DNA from: Bacteroidia bacterium
GTDB taxonomy: Bacteria; Bacteroidota; Bacteroidia; B-17B0; Aurantibacillaceae
Assembly (NCBI GenBank): GCA_026415195.1
Contig: JAOAHO010000008.1
Coordinates: forward strand, 7,178-71,177
Direction of reading: 5' to 3'
Length of the DNA: 64,000 nt
This document shows positions 1 to 9,522 of this stretch, in pieces. The notes below the pieces were generated by a model. It did no database searches, was not told the DNA's origin, and was given only the letters and a program-made list of their open reading frames with translations. Each line of letters begins with the position of its first letter. Positions within the stretch are counted from its first letter, which is position 1. The position numbers and the translations under genes are program-made.

Positions 1-19
1 TTACTTTCAATTATTACTC

Positions 20-55
20 TTATCAATAATTGTTGTGAAAAACAATTATTGATAA
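20..55. repeat. Perfect 15-bp inverted repeat (TTATCAATAATTGTT, loop GTGAAA, AACAATTATTGATAA) just downstream of the RHS-toxin stop codon
   Basis: Read directly: 20-34 is the exact reverse complement of 41-55. It lies about 34 nt past the TGA (89-91, minus strand). On the minus strand the T-run precedes rather than follows the hairpin, so it is not a canonical intrinsic terminator. Confidence 0.6.
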
Positions 56-88
56 AGAAAAAAAACATCAATGCGATTACAATTTTCA

Positions 89-1060
89 TCACTCTTGCAC
101 TTTATCATCAACACGAGGAACGGATTGAAGTATTTGCTTAAAGGCATCTTGGCTAAAATTAAAATCCACGCCTTCCACCATAATTGTGTTGCCGTTACCG
201 TCAGTATGGCGTTTACCGTATTGCATCCAACCACCAAGTGAGTGGTCATCTATTGCATTTGGCGTTTGTGTGGTACGCCCTGTAGACATTAGTAGAAAGT
301 GTGTAAGTTCGTGGCATTCTGCGTGTCCGAAATCATAAATTCCTCTTTTTGGATTTATCCTGATTGTGTTAAGAAAATGCCGACCTGCAACACTTATATT
401 TTCTTTCCACATCACTACATCCGTAAAACTTTCATGAGGTTTTACAATGGCGTTACCTTCTGTATCCCAAGTGGTCTCAGAGTAATTAGTTGGTGTTCTT
501 TTTGATTTTAAGGTTCTTGCTAAATCTGTTGGCTTTGTGGTTTTGGGGTCAAACTCTTTAAAATTAAACTTAAACTCAACTGTTAAGCCCTCATCATCTA
601 AATACCCTTTATCATTATATTTTGCTGTAATAAGAGTTTTTAGCTGTTCTGCTGACTTAATAGAATAAGCTCCCTTTCTTCCCTTTTCATTTACAGCCAA
701 ATGAACATTAACTTCTACAACTCGTTTAATTGCAGTAACCTGACCAGATGTTTCATCTTTCTTTACAACTCTATAAGATACACCCTCCAAGCCATCTAAA
801 TCAACATTTAAAATCGGGTTATTACTTGCAAATTGATAAGGTGATAACATTGGGAACTTATTAGTAAGAGGATCAACAGATAAGAACTTACCTAACCTGC
901 TATCATATATTCTAGCTAAATAATTTATTGAGTTCCCTGATCCTTTAACTTCATTATCATTCTCCTGTCCATTAAACCCAAACCTATAATTCAGAGCGCC
1001 ATATGTATAAGTTCTTTCTTTTATTTCCGAGCCGAACGCGTAACAATCCGTAGTGCTCAA
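89..1060 (-). CDS. RHS repeat-associated core domain fused to a C-terminal HExxH (zincin-like) polymorphic-toxin module. It is an orphan, 5'-truncated cassette.
   Basis: The translation contains YAFGSE...ARIYDSRLGKFLSVDP...PYQFASNNPILNVDLDGLEG, the RHS core ending in a DPxGL-like boundary. About 230 aa follow, containing HAECHELTH. The listed start is TTG. The frame stays open upstream to 1171 (LKFGSKRYELTDWLGNVRVV, a YD/RHS repeat) with no ATG. Confidence 0.8.
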   Translation of the reverse strand: MSTTDCYAFGSEIKERTYTYGALNYRFGFNGQENDNEVKGSGNSINYLARIYDSRLGKFLSVDPLTNKFPMLSPYQFASNNPILNVDLDGLEGVSYRVVKKDETSGQVTAIKRVVEVNVHLAVNEKGRKGAYSIKSAEQLKTLITAKYNDKGYLDDEGLTVEFKFNFKEFDPKTTKPTDLARTLKSKRTPTNYSETTWDTEGNAIVKPHESFTDVVMWKENISVAGRHFLNTIRINPKRGIYDFGHAECHELTHFLLMSTGRTTQTPNAIDDHSLGGWMQYGKRHTDGNGNTIMVEGVDFNFSQDAFKQILQSVPRVDDKVQE

Positions 1061-1171
1061 AACTATGGGTTTGTATGTGCCTCCGGTGGTGTGGGTTTTT
1101 AAGTTGTTGATGACTACTCTTACGTTTCCGAGCCAGTCGGTAAGTTCGTAGCGCTTGCTGCCGAATTTTAA

Positions 1172-1360
1172 TTATAGTGTTTTCGAAATCTGCGGCAAGG
1201 GTATGTTGGGCAAGGTGCCCACAGGTATAGTATTCTCCGCCATCTTAGCCGCAGGTGTTGAAGGATTAGCGTTCACGGATGCCATGGGCGGAACATAAAG
1301 GTAATGCTTTTCCTTTAAATATCCAAGCAGTTGTGTGTCATAAAAATAACTCTCACCCAA
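1172..1360 (-). pseudogene. Upstream remnant of the same RHS reading frame, cut off from the downstream part by a single in-frame TAA
   Basis: The TAA at 1172-1174 is in the same frame as the 89-1171 open frame. The ORF begins with TTG, and an in-frame stop lies just upstream at about 1377. Only about 130 bp separate it from the sprA stop. Confidence 0.5.
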
Positions 1361-1491
1361 AAGAAAAGAGTTCTTTTATTGATAAATTCTTAAAAATTGC
1401 ACTTATTACTTGAACTTAAACTGATACTGATCACAATAATTTTTGCAAAAAATAACCCTGCAGATAAAAAACAAAAACCTTATAACGGAAA

Positions 1492-4400
1492 TTATTGGAA
1501 ATTAATCCTTAAACTGAAGCCACCGTTGGCATTTGATGATGGGAATGAAGCTGATGTCTGTGGCATATTCCTTACCAAATCAAAATATAATCGCAAAATG
1601 ATGTTTTGGGTTAAATTGTAATCTGCCGATGAACGTAAAGTTAAAACATTGGCGCCTACCGTTGGCAAACTGATTTCATCTGAAATTCTTCGTATGATGG
1701 TGATGTTCCTTCTGTAACCAACATCCACTTTAACTAATAAGTCGCTTCTGAGTTGCTTTCCCATGATGTATAATTTTTTGAATGTCAGATTTGGATACCG
1801 ATAGCCCAAACCAACAATGTACTCCTGGCCTTTGGTTTCGATGATTTGGGGGCCGGTGATGTTAAGGGCAATGGTCTTGTCGCGCTTAATTTCAAAATTG
1901 GTATTCCAACCGGGTTTGTTGAACTGAAAATCAAATTTTATCAAAGGGCTGAATGATTCATTAATACTAACGGAGTTTATATTGTAATAGCTGTTGAAAT
2001 TTGCATTATTGGTAATGGGATTCACTACGGGTGCACGTGTAATTTGCCCGGAATTTCTATCGCCATACAACAGGTTGTAGTTATATCCACTGATGTTGTA
2101 AGTGCTTCTGTAGGAATGCCGAATGGTAATGGAACGGAAAAGTTTTTGCAGCGCAGGAATTTTTCCCAGTCCGTCCCAGGTAACATTCCAGTTTGGCATG
2201 GGGACTTTGGGGAAGATATTTTTGGTGGAATAACTACGTATTTTCTGGCCCGTGTAAGCTTCATAAAATGCTCCAATCAAAACATCCTGAGAATTGTAAT
2301 CATAACCATCATAGAAGCTATAGGTTTTTCCCAGAACGGTTGTTACGGTTTGAACGCCTTTGACGCTGTTGGGGTTATTATCGGAGAGTTGTTTGGCAAC
2401 ATCAGCCCTGATGGATAAAAATTCATCATATAATGAAGATTCTGTTCCCTTACCACGATCGGAAAGCCCCTTGAAAAACGAGAATACCGTAATGTTGAAA
2501 TTCCCGGTTTCGGTGGGGCTCACATGAAAATCATATCGACCCTCGTTGTGGTTATAAACCATAAATTCTGTAAGATTATTGGATTGAGTAATGTTTCCGT
2601 TAAGTTCAATACGTAAACTTCCATGAGGTTCAACACTGCTTCTCCAGGAAAATGTTTTTTGCATGGTCTCGATATAAGGTGCCGATTGGTTACTGTTACG
2701 TGTAAGCCAGTTATTACGTTCCGCACGTTCACGAATGTCGGGCACATACCAACCGGTGGTAAAGAGAAATCCGGGAGCATAATTCCTTGAAATGTTCATT
2801 CCCATAAGATCGGTACGTGGCATGAAGTTGGGCAATGTTTGTCCCATTTGCAACTGATAGTTCAGGGAAATGTTTTTCACCATCAACACCACTTTGGCCA
2901 GGAAAGCCATGAATTCCTGAAAGTTTTCGTTTTTTTTCGGATTGGTGCTGTCGGTCAGGGCAACGGAGCTTTTCTTGGCATCTTTGGATGGCTTTTGTGG
3001 TTGGGGCTGATTATTTAAAATCCTTTTGAAATAGGGTATTTTGTTATAAAACTGAACAAGGTTTAAATTGGCTGTAAGGTTATGTTGATTGGTATTATTT
3101 ATGGTATTTCCAAAGCTGTCGGGCGAGGCAAAGGGCACTCGGTTCCAGGTATATGTTCCGCCATAACGATATGTAGGTGAAATAAAATCAAATAATGGTA
3201 TTTTATTGATAGGAATATTCACATTCAGGTTCATTTGCTGTCGGAAAATCGTATTGGTTCCGCCTCCCATCAGGTTTTTGATTACCGAATCCCTTCGTTC
3301 GGGACTTCGCTTACTGACGTCTCCGTAGGGTTCAAGGACACGGCTCTCGTTGCTTGCCGTATAATCGAATTTAATGTTTTTGGTAAAATCCCAGCGTAAT
3401 GTGTAATTACGCGTAATCAGGAAATTTTTATTATAGAACCTTGGATTTTGAAAATCATTTGCGCCGGCATAAAAGCTTGTAATGTCGCGGTTTTTAAGAA
3501 ATGAAAAATTCCTGTTTATATCCATACTGAACCCAAAAGCGTTGGGAATTAATTGTAAGTTCATGTCTTTAATTAGAGCAAACCATCTGTTTTGGAAAAA
3601 TTTTATTTTCTCGAAAGGTTTAATGGCAAAAGGCTTACTAATGGCATATTGATAGGTAATATTGCCACGATAGTTTTTAATTAAATTGGAATCAATATTG
3701 ATGTTACGACGAAAAGTTTGCGTAAAGGCATACGTAAGGGAAAAATTTGAAAGATCCCAGGGATAGGGCGGAGCATCTTTCTTTTTCAATCCATCAATTC
3801 TGACATTAGTAAAATTGATACCCTTTCTTTCGGTATAGTCAATCACTTGCCTTTTGATGGAGTCGCGCTTGGCTTTGGTAATGTTTTCCGCTTTATTGAA
3901 GTCCGACATACGAACATCTGGATCCAAAGGGTTGAAAAGAGGAGTAACGATGGATTGTCCGTAATTATAGTAAAGCGGAAGGGATACGCCCAACGATTGC
4001 GGAAAGAATTTACCAAGGTTGATGGAAGTACTGGCATCCCAGTTCAAAGTAGTTTCTTTGCTTCGTTCATTAATTTTTTTCTCCACACCGCCAAAGAACG
4101 GAGTACTATATAAACCTGCTAAACTTACATTACCAAGGTCGGCCAGTTTTAACTGAACCTGACCGGTGGCTGCCCAGCCTCCACGGTTATTAAAGTCGGT
4201 TAACCGCAGTTCATTCAACCAAACCTCTACGCATTTTGACTGTCCGTCGGGCGAACGCGGATTTCTTACACCCATCATGATGGCCTTAACCGTTCCCAAA
4301 TTCGGATTACCAACAATAGTGATGCTGTGATTGCCAAACGATTTGGTATAAGGCTGGCTAAGTTGGTTCAGAGATGAAAAATATCCCCATTTTTCATTCC

Positions 4401-7400
4401 GTTCCTGCTTGGTTTGGCTAATTTCGGAAAAAGAAAAATTTACTTCATTTTCAGCAGGCCACACAATGTAACGGTCGCTGGTGCTGTTTGGATCATAGGT
4501 CCCCGGAGGGGTAAGCTTTAAGGGCACGGTATATTCATAATAGTTACTGTTATAATCCGTACCTACACGCATAAAAAATTCCAGTTCGCCATCACTGAGC
4601 GGATTATTGCCTAATTTCTCGGCATGCACATTGAGCTTTATGTTGTTGAACATACGCGTGTCGAGTTCCACATTTTTGAAAACAGCCCTGCTGTCACCGT
4701 CTTTCAGGTTACAAATACGCACCTGAAGGGCCTGTTCATTCTGCAAAACCAAATTGGTGGTTTGAACATTTTGCACTTGTTCAATTTCAGGAGGCATGAT
4801 ATAATTCACCGGAACTTTATTACCGTTTTCCTGCAAATTCACGGCCGAAACATCGAAGGAAGTGCTCTGGTCATCGTTTTTGATATACTCACCCGGCTTT
4901 CTTAAATCATATTCATATTTTCTCCAGTCGCTTCTTACCAGTTCAAATCTGGCAAGGCGTAGCAACACGGGTCTGTCAAATCCTTTAAGGAAAACACGCA
5001 TGAAGCGGATGGAATTAAAACCTTCAATGTTATTGACGGCTTTTTCAAACTGATTGATGGGAATTTTAAATTGATACCACTTAACTTTCTTTTTGATGCC
5101 TCCATCGTATTCTGCCGTACCGTCGAAAGCATCCACAATAAAATTATTACCGATATTGTTCGGGTTAATGTCTTGTGGTGAAATTCTGACACGATACTGA
5201 TAGTAGCTTTCTGTCTCGCTCAGGGTATTGTCTCTGTTGAGGTCTTCAATGTTAGGCAGGTTGGTAGCACCGGTTGGATAGTTTCCTCCGGCAGGATTGG
5301 CATTTTTGTATTGTTCTTCGGTGGGTGAATTGCCTTCAGGATTATTGTATTTGGCATAGCGTTCGATGGTTTTGGCTTGTGCCTGGTCAAGATCATCGCC
5401 CCTGAAGAATTTATAATCGTCGGAAGAGGGGTCGTTCAGGAAAGCCTGAACGGCCGGAGCATTCGGATTTCCCACCGATTGAGCAGCGGAAAGAGCGGAA
5501 GCAAAAACCTGTTTTTCCTGTTCGTTGTTCATACCATCGTACCCCACATCCTGCAAAGGTCTGTCCTTGTTGTCGTTGGAAAATGCATTCACCGAAGGGG
5601 GAATGGAAGGCACCACGGCAACGCCGGTAAAAATGGTAGGAGAATTTGCCGTAGAAGGAGACAATCCTGGCAAACCGTTTTCATAACTCATTCTGCCATC
5701 TTTTACGATATCTTCCGATATATTGCCCAAATTGATATACAAATCACCTGATGGTAAATTGTTAGGATCGAAATCGGGGTGAGTATTCGTATTGTAGTCT
5801 TCATTATAGGGATCCATTAACCAGAACTGAATATATTCCACATTGGCTGCCTGAAGGTCGTTGGTTTCCAGCCGCCTTGAAATTCCGGCCCAGCGTGAAG
5901 AAGGGTTATTCAGAAATCCGTCGGAATTCATACCTGCGGAATAAGGTGTTGGCAATACATCATAATTGTAAGGTCCTCTTTCTTTCGGATAAAATCCAAT
6001 GTCCAGAACGGGAAGGATTACCATTTGGCCGTTGGGGGGTGTTTTACCGGGGAAAAGTTCGGTTTCGAACACCTGCCTCCACATATTGTTGGATAGAATT
6101 TCAGTAGTATAATAGGAAGGAGTGGTTCCCTGGCCTTGTTTTCTGGTGAACATCGGGTCTACATTATACCAGCATATCTTGGCACGGTTAAGGCCGTATT
6201 TAATGTTTGACGTCTCGATGGCTTCAGGAAACAAATCAGGCTGCCCCTGAGGGATGGACGATAAAAACCATGCATTGGGATTGCGGATGTCGATAATATT
6301 AATGGAACCTTCAAAATCATCTATGTAAGAGTTGCCGCTTCTGCCAATGGCTCTGGCATTTCCAGGAAAAAGCTTAGCAAATTCACCACGCGTGGTTATA
6401 GAACTCATTTCTTTGGTGCTGTAGAACGGAAGTTTGTCGAGCCAACGCGTAATGAAAGTTACGTCGGATTTAAAATTATAATCGAAGCCAATGATCGTAT
6501 TCCTTACGGGCTCCTCGCCTATAGCCACTTTTTGGGTGATGGGCCTTTCATTAAAACGAAGGAAAGTTCCCCCTACATTTAAAAAGCGGTTCACTTTGTA
6601 ATCCAGACGGGTTCCAATCAAACTTTTTTGCTGAACATTGAAGAGCGAATTGCTTTCCAATGATACTTTTATTTGCGATCCGGAATTTAAAAGCCCTTCA
6701 TTAATGATTTTCACACGTCCTAGATTGTAATCGACCGTATAATCCACGTTTTCCTGAAGTTGCACACCGTTGGCCGTAACCACTACAGCACCTTGGGGAA
6801 TGTTGATGGCATTCAGCGAAAATTCGGAACCGGTGGCAGAACGATAGGTACCTTTAATTTTATATCGGTTTTTTTCTTGTATGAAGGTGGCAGCTACTCT
6901 GGTTGAGTCGTAGAGTTCCTGAAAGATATATTTGTTAGCAGCCGGAAAATCATTATTCTGATCGAACTTTGATTTCAGTCCATTACCAAAAGGCTCTACC
7001 ATGGGAAAATAAATTCTGCCATTGTTCGGATTGATGGTGTAATCTTTAATAAAATCAAAAACTCCGTCGGGCACTCGGTCGCCGTTCACGGCAAGGTTGT
7101 CACAATTCAATACACGTATCAGTTGCTGACCATTGATGGAACCAAACGGTATATATGGAATGTCGACACCGGTTTCGATATTATTGTAAAAAACATTCAA
7201 ATTGAAATCCTGATGATTGATGTTATAAGCACCAATGCTGTAAACATTTTTCATCATGAATTTCCAGTTCGGATAACGTGTATTTACCACAGAACCCTTT
7301 AACAACTTACAAACCAATATCCCCGAGTTGTTGGGGAATTGATCGGAAAATTCGCCCACCTGATAGATTTTTCCGTTGTATGTATACTGGTAGGACACGG

Positions 7401-8913
7401 CCAAAACCTGATCGTTATTGAGTGTTTGATTCAGTGATATGAAACCTAATCTGGTATTGATGAAGTATTCATTTGGGTTCAACTTACGAGCATTGTAAAT
7501 CACATCATAGTCCCTGGCCTGGACCATATACTGTCCGGAGGAGTTATTAGGATTTGAAGCTGATAGAGAAGTGGCCAATACAGAGGCAATTGTGGCAGGG
7601 TCGCGTGTGGGAAAGAGGTTATTCACCACAGTATGATACAAAGAGTTGGCTCCGTTGTGCGGATGGTCGCCCAAACTATCGTAGATGGCATAACTCGACG
7701 GAACCACCACAGAACCATCCTTATAGGCATTCAAACCACGAAAAACAAAAGATGAATCCTCTCCCAGATCTTCAAATGCTAATATGGTTCGGGTTTGTTC
7801 ATTATTCCCGGTTTGATTCAATACCCACACTTCCACCTTATTGATCACCACAGGAGTGGTAATGATAGGCAAAGTTTTCATCCAATTATCGTAATTCTTA
7901 TAGAAATAAAAGCCCAAAAAATAGTGGCGGTTCATTTCATAATTATCCACATTTACGGTAAAAGGAATGGTTTGAGCACCGCCCTGCACCGTTATTTCTT
8001 GCTTTTTGCCACGTTGCTGTGAAAATACGGTGGTGGCACGCAAACGTCCGAATTGCATTTCAGTTTTAAAACCAAAAAGAGTTTGGCTTCCGCTTATCAG
8101 TGAACTGTTTAGTGGCAAAGTCACGTTCCCTGCTTCAATTTTTTTCAAAATATCATCTTCAAGTCCGGTGTAATCAATTTTCACCTGGTTTTCCCAGTCG
8201 AATGAAGCCTCAGTATTGTAATTGGTGGTTACCCTGACTTTTTCTCCGATCTTTCCCAATAAATTAAGTTGAATTCGCATGTTAAAATCAAAATTGGTCA
8301 TGCGTTGCTGGCGTTGAGGAATAGCAGGGTTAAGGATCTTATTACGGTTCAAACCGAAAATTAATTCAGCCGTACCGGTGGGCCTGATATCAACGGTGTT
8401 ACCTCCGAATATCCTGTCGAACAACTCACTGTTCACCTGTAAAGCAGGAATAAGCCCTTTTTTGGGTTGCTGGGTAAGTTCATCGGCCGCTACCCTACTC
8501 CTCCAATAATTCCTAAGTGCTTTTTTAAAAACATAATTTTCATATTCTTTGAACGACATGTATGACTCCGGTCGGTAATCCATGTCGCCCACTTTATATT
8601 TGATATTGTAGATTTTTTCTTTGGGGTCGTATTCAATTTCCTGTTTTATGTTGGAGGGATCTTTCAGATAAAGTGGAGAGGGGTTCTGAATCGGAGGATT
8701 ATTGGATGGGCTGTCCTTAAAAGGATAAATCAAATTCGGTTTGGTATCGGGAGTATCAGGAGGAGGGGTTGCTTTGAAATGTGATTCCTGAACATAAATA
8801 ATGTCTTTGATGGAAAATTCATACGTATTTTGACTTTCCTTTCGGATATATCCTAATAAGCCGGCGGCGGCGGAACTCAATGCAACGAACTGTATGAATG
8901 AAGACGCCCTCAA
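1492..8913 (-). CDS. sprA: T9SS translocon / cell-surface gliding protein SprA
   Basis: A 2473-aa ORF. The size and N-terminal conserved blocks (YPFKD, LYLKDPSN, EYDP, TNFDFNMRIQLNL) are typical of SprA. The start is TTG, 9 nt after ruvA. Confidence 0.92.
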   Translation of the reverse strand: MRASSFIQFVALSSAAAGLLGYIRKESQNTYEFSIKDIIYVQESHFKATPPPDTPDTKPNLIYPFKDSPSNNPPIQNPSPLYLKDPSNIKQEIEYDPKEKIYNIKYKVGDMDYRPESYMSFKEYENYVFKKALRNYWRSRVAADELTQQPKKGLIPALQVNSELFDRIFGGNTVDIRPTGTAELIFGLNRNKILNPAIPQRQQRMTNFDFNMRIQLNLLGKIGEKVRVTTNYNTEASFDWENQVKIDYTGLEDDILKKIEAGNVTLPLNSSLISGSQTLFGFKTEMQFGRLRATTVFSQQRGKKQEITVQGGAQTIPFTVNVDNYEMNRHYFLGFYFYKNYDNWMKTLPIITTPVVINKVEVWVLNQTGNNEQTRTILAFEDLGEDSSFVFRGLNAYKDGSVVVPSSYAIYDSLGDHPHNGANSLYHTVVNNLFPTRDPATIASVLATSLSASNPNNSSGQYMVQARDYDVIYNARKLNPNEYFINTRLGFISLNQTLNNDQVLAVSYQYTYNGKIYQVGEFSDQFPNNSGILVCKLLKGSVVNTRYPNWKFMMKNVYSIGAYNINHQDFNLNVFYNNIETGVDIPYIPFGSINGQQLIRVLNCDNLAVNGDRVPDGVFDFIKDYTINPNNGRIYFPMVEPFGNGLKSKFDQNNDFPAANKYIFQELYDSTRVAATFIQEKNRYKIKGTYRSATGSEFSLNAINIPQGAVVVTANGVQLQENVDYTVDYNLGRVKIINEGLLNSGSQIKVSLESNSLFNVQQKSLIGTRLDYKVNRFLNVGGTFLRFNERPITQKVAIGEEPVRNTIIGFDYNFKSDVTFITRWLDKLPFYSTKEMSSITTRGEFAKLFPGNARAIGRSGNSYIDDFEGSINIIDIRNPNAWFLSSIPQGQPDLFPEAIETSNIKYGLNRAKICWYNVDPMFTRKQGQGTTPSYYTTEILSNNMWRQVFETELFPGKTPPNGQMVILPVLDIGFYPKERGPYNYDVLPTPYSAGMNSDGFLNNPSSRWAGISRRLETNDLQAANVEYIQFWLMDPYNEDYNTNTHPDFDPNNLPSGDLYINLGNISEDIVKDGRMSYENGLPGLSPSTANSPTIFTGVAVVPSIPPSVNAFSNDNKDRPLQDVGYDGMNNEQEKQVFASALSAAQSVGNPNAPAVQAFLNDPSSDDYKFFRGDDLDQAQAKTIERYAKYNNPEGNSPTEEQYKNANPAGGNYPTGATNLPNIEDLNRDNTLSETESYYQYRVRISPQDINPNNIGNNFIVDAFDGTAEYDGGIKKKVKWYQFKIPINQFEKAVNNIEGFNSIRFMRVFLKGFDRPVLLRLARFELVRSDWRKYEYDLRKPGEYIKNDDQSTSFDVSAVNLQENGNKVPVNYIMPPEIEQVQNVQTTNLVLQNEQALQVRICNLKDGDSRAVFKNVELDTRMFNNIKLNVHAEKLGNNPLSDGELEFFMRVGTDYNSNYYEYTVPLKLTPPGTYDPNSTSDRYIVWPAENEVNFSFSEISQTKQERNEKWGYFSSLNQLSQPYTKSFGNHSITIVGNPNLGTVKAIMMGVRNPRSPDGQSKCVEVWLNELRLTDFNNRGGWAATGQVQLKLADLGNVSLAGLYSTPFFGGVEKKINERSKETTLNWDASTSINLGKFFPQSLGVSLPLYYNYGQSIVTPLFNPLDPDVRMSDFNKAENITKAKRDSIKRQVIDYTERKGINFTNVRIDGLKKKDAPPYPWDLSNFSLTYAFTQTFRRNINIDSNLIKNYRGNITYQYAISKPFAIKPFEKIKFFQNRWFALIKDMNLQLIPNAFGFSMDINRNFSFLKNRDITSFYAGANDFQNPRFYNKNFLITRNYTLRWDFTKNIKFDYTASNESRVLEPYGDVSKRSPERRDSVIKNLMGGGTNTIFRQQMNLNVNIPINKIPLFDFISPTYRYGGTYTWNRVPFASPDSFGNTINNTNQHNLTANLNLVQFYNKIPYFKRILNNQPQPQKPSKDAKKSSVALTDSTNPKKNENFQEFMAFLAKVVLMVKNISLNYQLQMGQTLPNFMPRTDLMGMNISRNYAPGFLFTTGWYVPDIRERAERNNWLTRNSNQSAPYIETMQKTFSWRSSVEPHGSLRIELNGNITQSNNLTEFMVYNHNEGRYDFHVSPTETGNFNITVFSFFKGLSDRGKGTESSLYDEFLSIRADVAKQLSDNNPNSVKGVQTVTTVLGKTYSFYDGYDYNSQDVLIGAFYEAYTGQKIRSYSTKNIFPKVPMPNWNVTWDGLGKIPALQKLFRSITIRHSYRSTYNISGYNYNLLYGDRNSGQITRAPVVNPITNNANFNSYYNINSVSINESFSPLIKFDFQFNKPGWNTNFEIKRDKTIALNITGPQIIETKGQEYIVGLGYRYPNLTFKKLYIMGKQLRSDLLVKVDVGYRRNITIIRRISDEISLPTVGANVLTLRSSADYNLTQNIILRLYFDLVRNMPQTSASFPSSNANGGFSLRINFQ

Positions 8914-8922
8914 TCTCTGAAC

Positions 8923-9519
8923 TTATTGAAGAAATTTTAACGATAACCTTACTAAGGCATCTACACCGGCTCCGGAACCCAATTCCTTCAATGATCTGTC
9001 CAAAGCCTTATCGGCTTGTGTTCTGTTAAAACCAAGCGCCACAAGTGCCAATAACGCTTCTTCCCTGTTTTTATTGTGAACTTCCGTAACAATTTTTCCT
9101 ATTCCACCTTCGTGCTTTCCTAGTTTTCCTTTTAGGTCAACGATAATTCTTTGAGCGGTTTTGTCACCTATACCTTTAATGCTCTTTAGCGGAGTGATAT
9201 TGGCCGTATTAATGGCTGTTATGATTTCATCAGGTGTTAAACTGGAAAGCATCAGCATGGCCGAACTCCCCCCCACCCCACTAACTGAAGTAATTTTTCT
9301 GAAAAGTTCACGCTCCTGCTCATCGAAAAAACCATAATGGCGGGGTAAATCATCCCTGACATACAACGACTCCACAAACACCAAAGCATCAATCCCCTGT
9401 TCTTTCCAACGGGTAAAAGATTGTAATGAAATCTGAAATGAAAAACCTATGCCGTTGGTTTCCACCACAATTTGTGCGGGGTTTAGTTTGACAATTTTTC
9501 CTCTGACGTAATCCAACAT
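8923..9519 (-). CDS. ruvA: Holliday junction branch migration complex subunit RuvA
   Basis: 198 aa. The MLDYVRGKI N-terminus, HhH motifs (GIGDKTAQRII) and C-terminal domain III are typical of RuvA. Confidence 0.92.
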   Translation of the reverse strand: MLDYVRGKIVKLNPAQIVVETNGIGFSFQISLQSFTRWKEQGIDALVFVESLYVRDDLPRHYGFFDEQERELFRKITSVSGVGGSSAMLMLSSLTPDEIITAINTANITPLKSIKGIGDKTAQRIIVDLKGKLGKHEGGIGKIVTEVHNKNREEALLALVALGFNRTQADKALDRSLKELGSGAGVDALVRLSLKFLQ

Positions 9520-9522
9520 TAA

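Noticed and set aside
46-505. Small ORFs 46-249 (-) and 299-505 (+) overlapping the toxin gene, considered as possible immunity genes.
   Set aside because: Both are embedded within the toxin coding region in other frames or on the other strand and have implausible Cys/Phe-rich sequences. A real immunity gene would be expected downstream, beyond the window edge.
46-1386. An 11-bp direct repeat TTATTGATAAA at 46-56 and 1376-1386 brackets the RHS cassette and could be a target-site duplication or recombination site.
   Set aside because: An overlapping 11-mer (ATTATTGATAA) also occurs inside atpB at about 19340-19350. Matches of this length therefore arise by chance in this AT-rich sequence, and this is not enough evidence for a mobile-element boundary.
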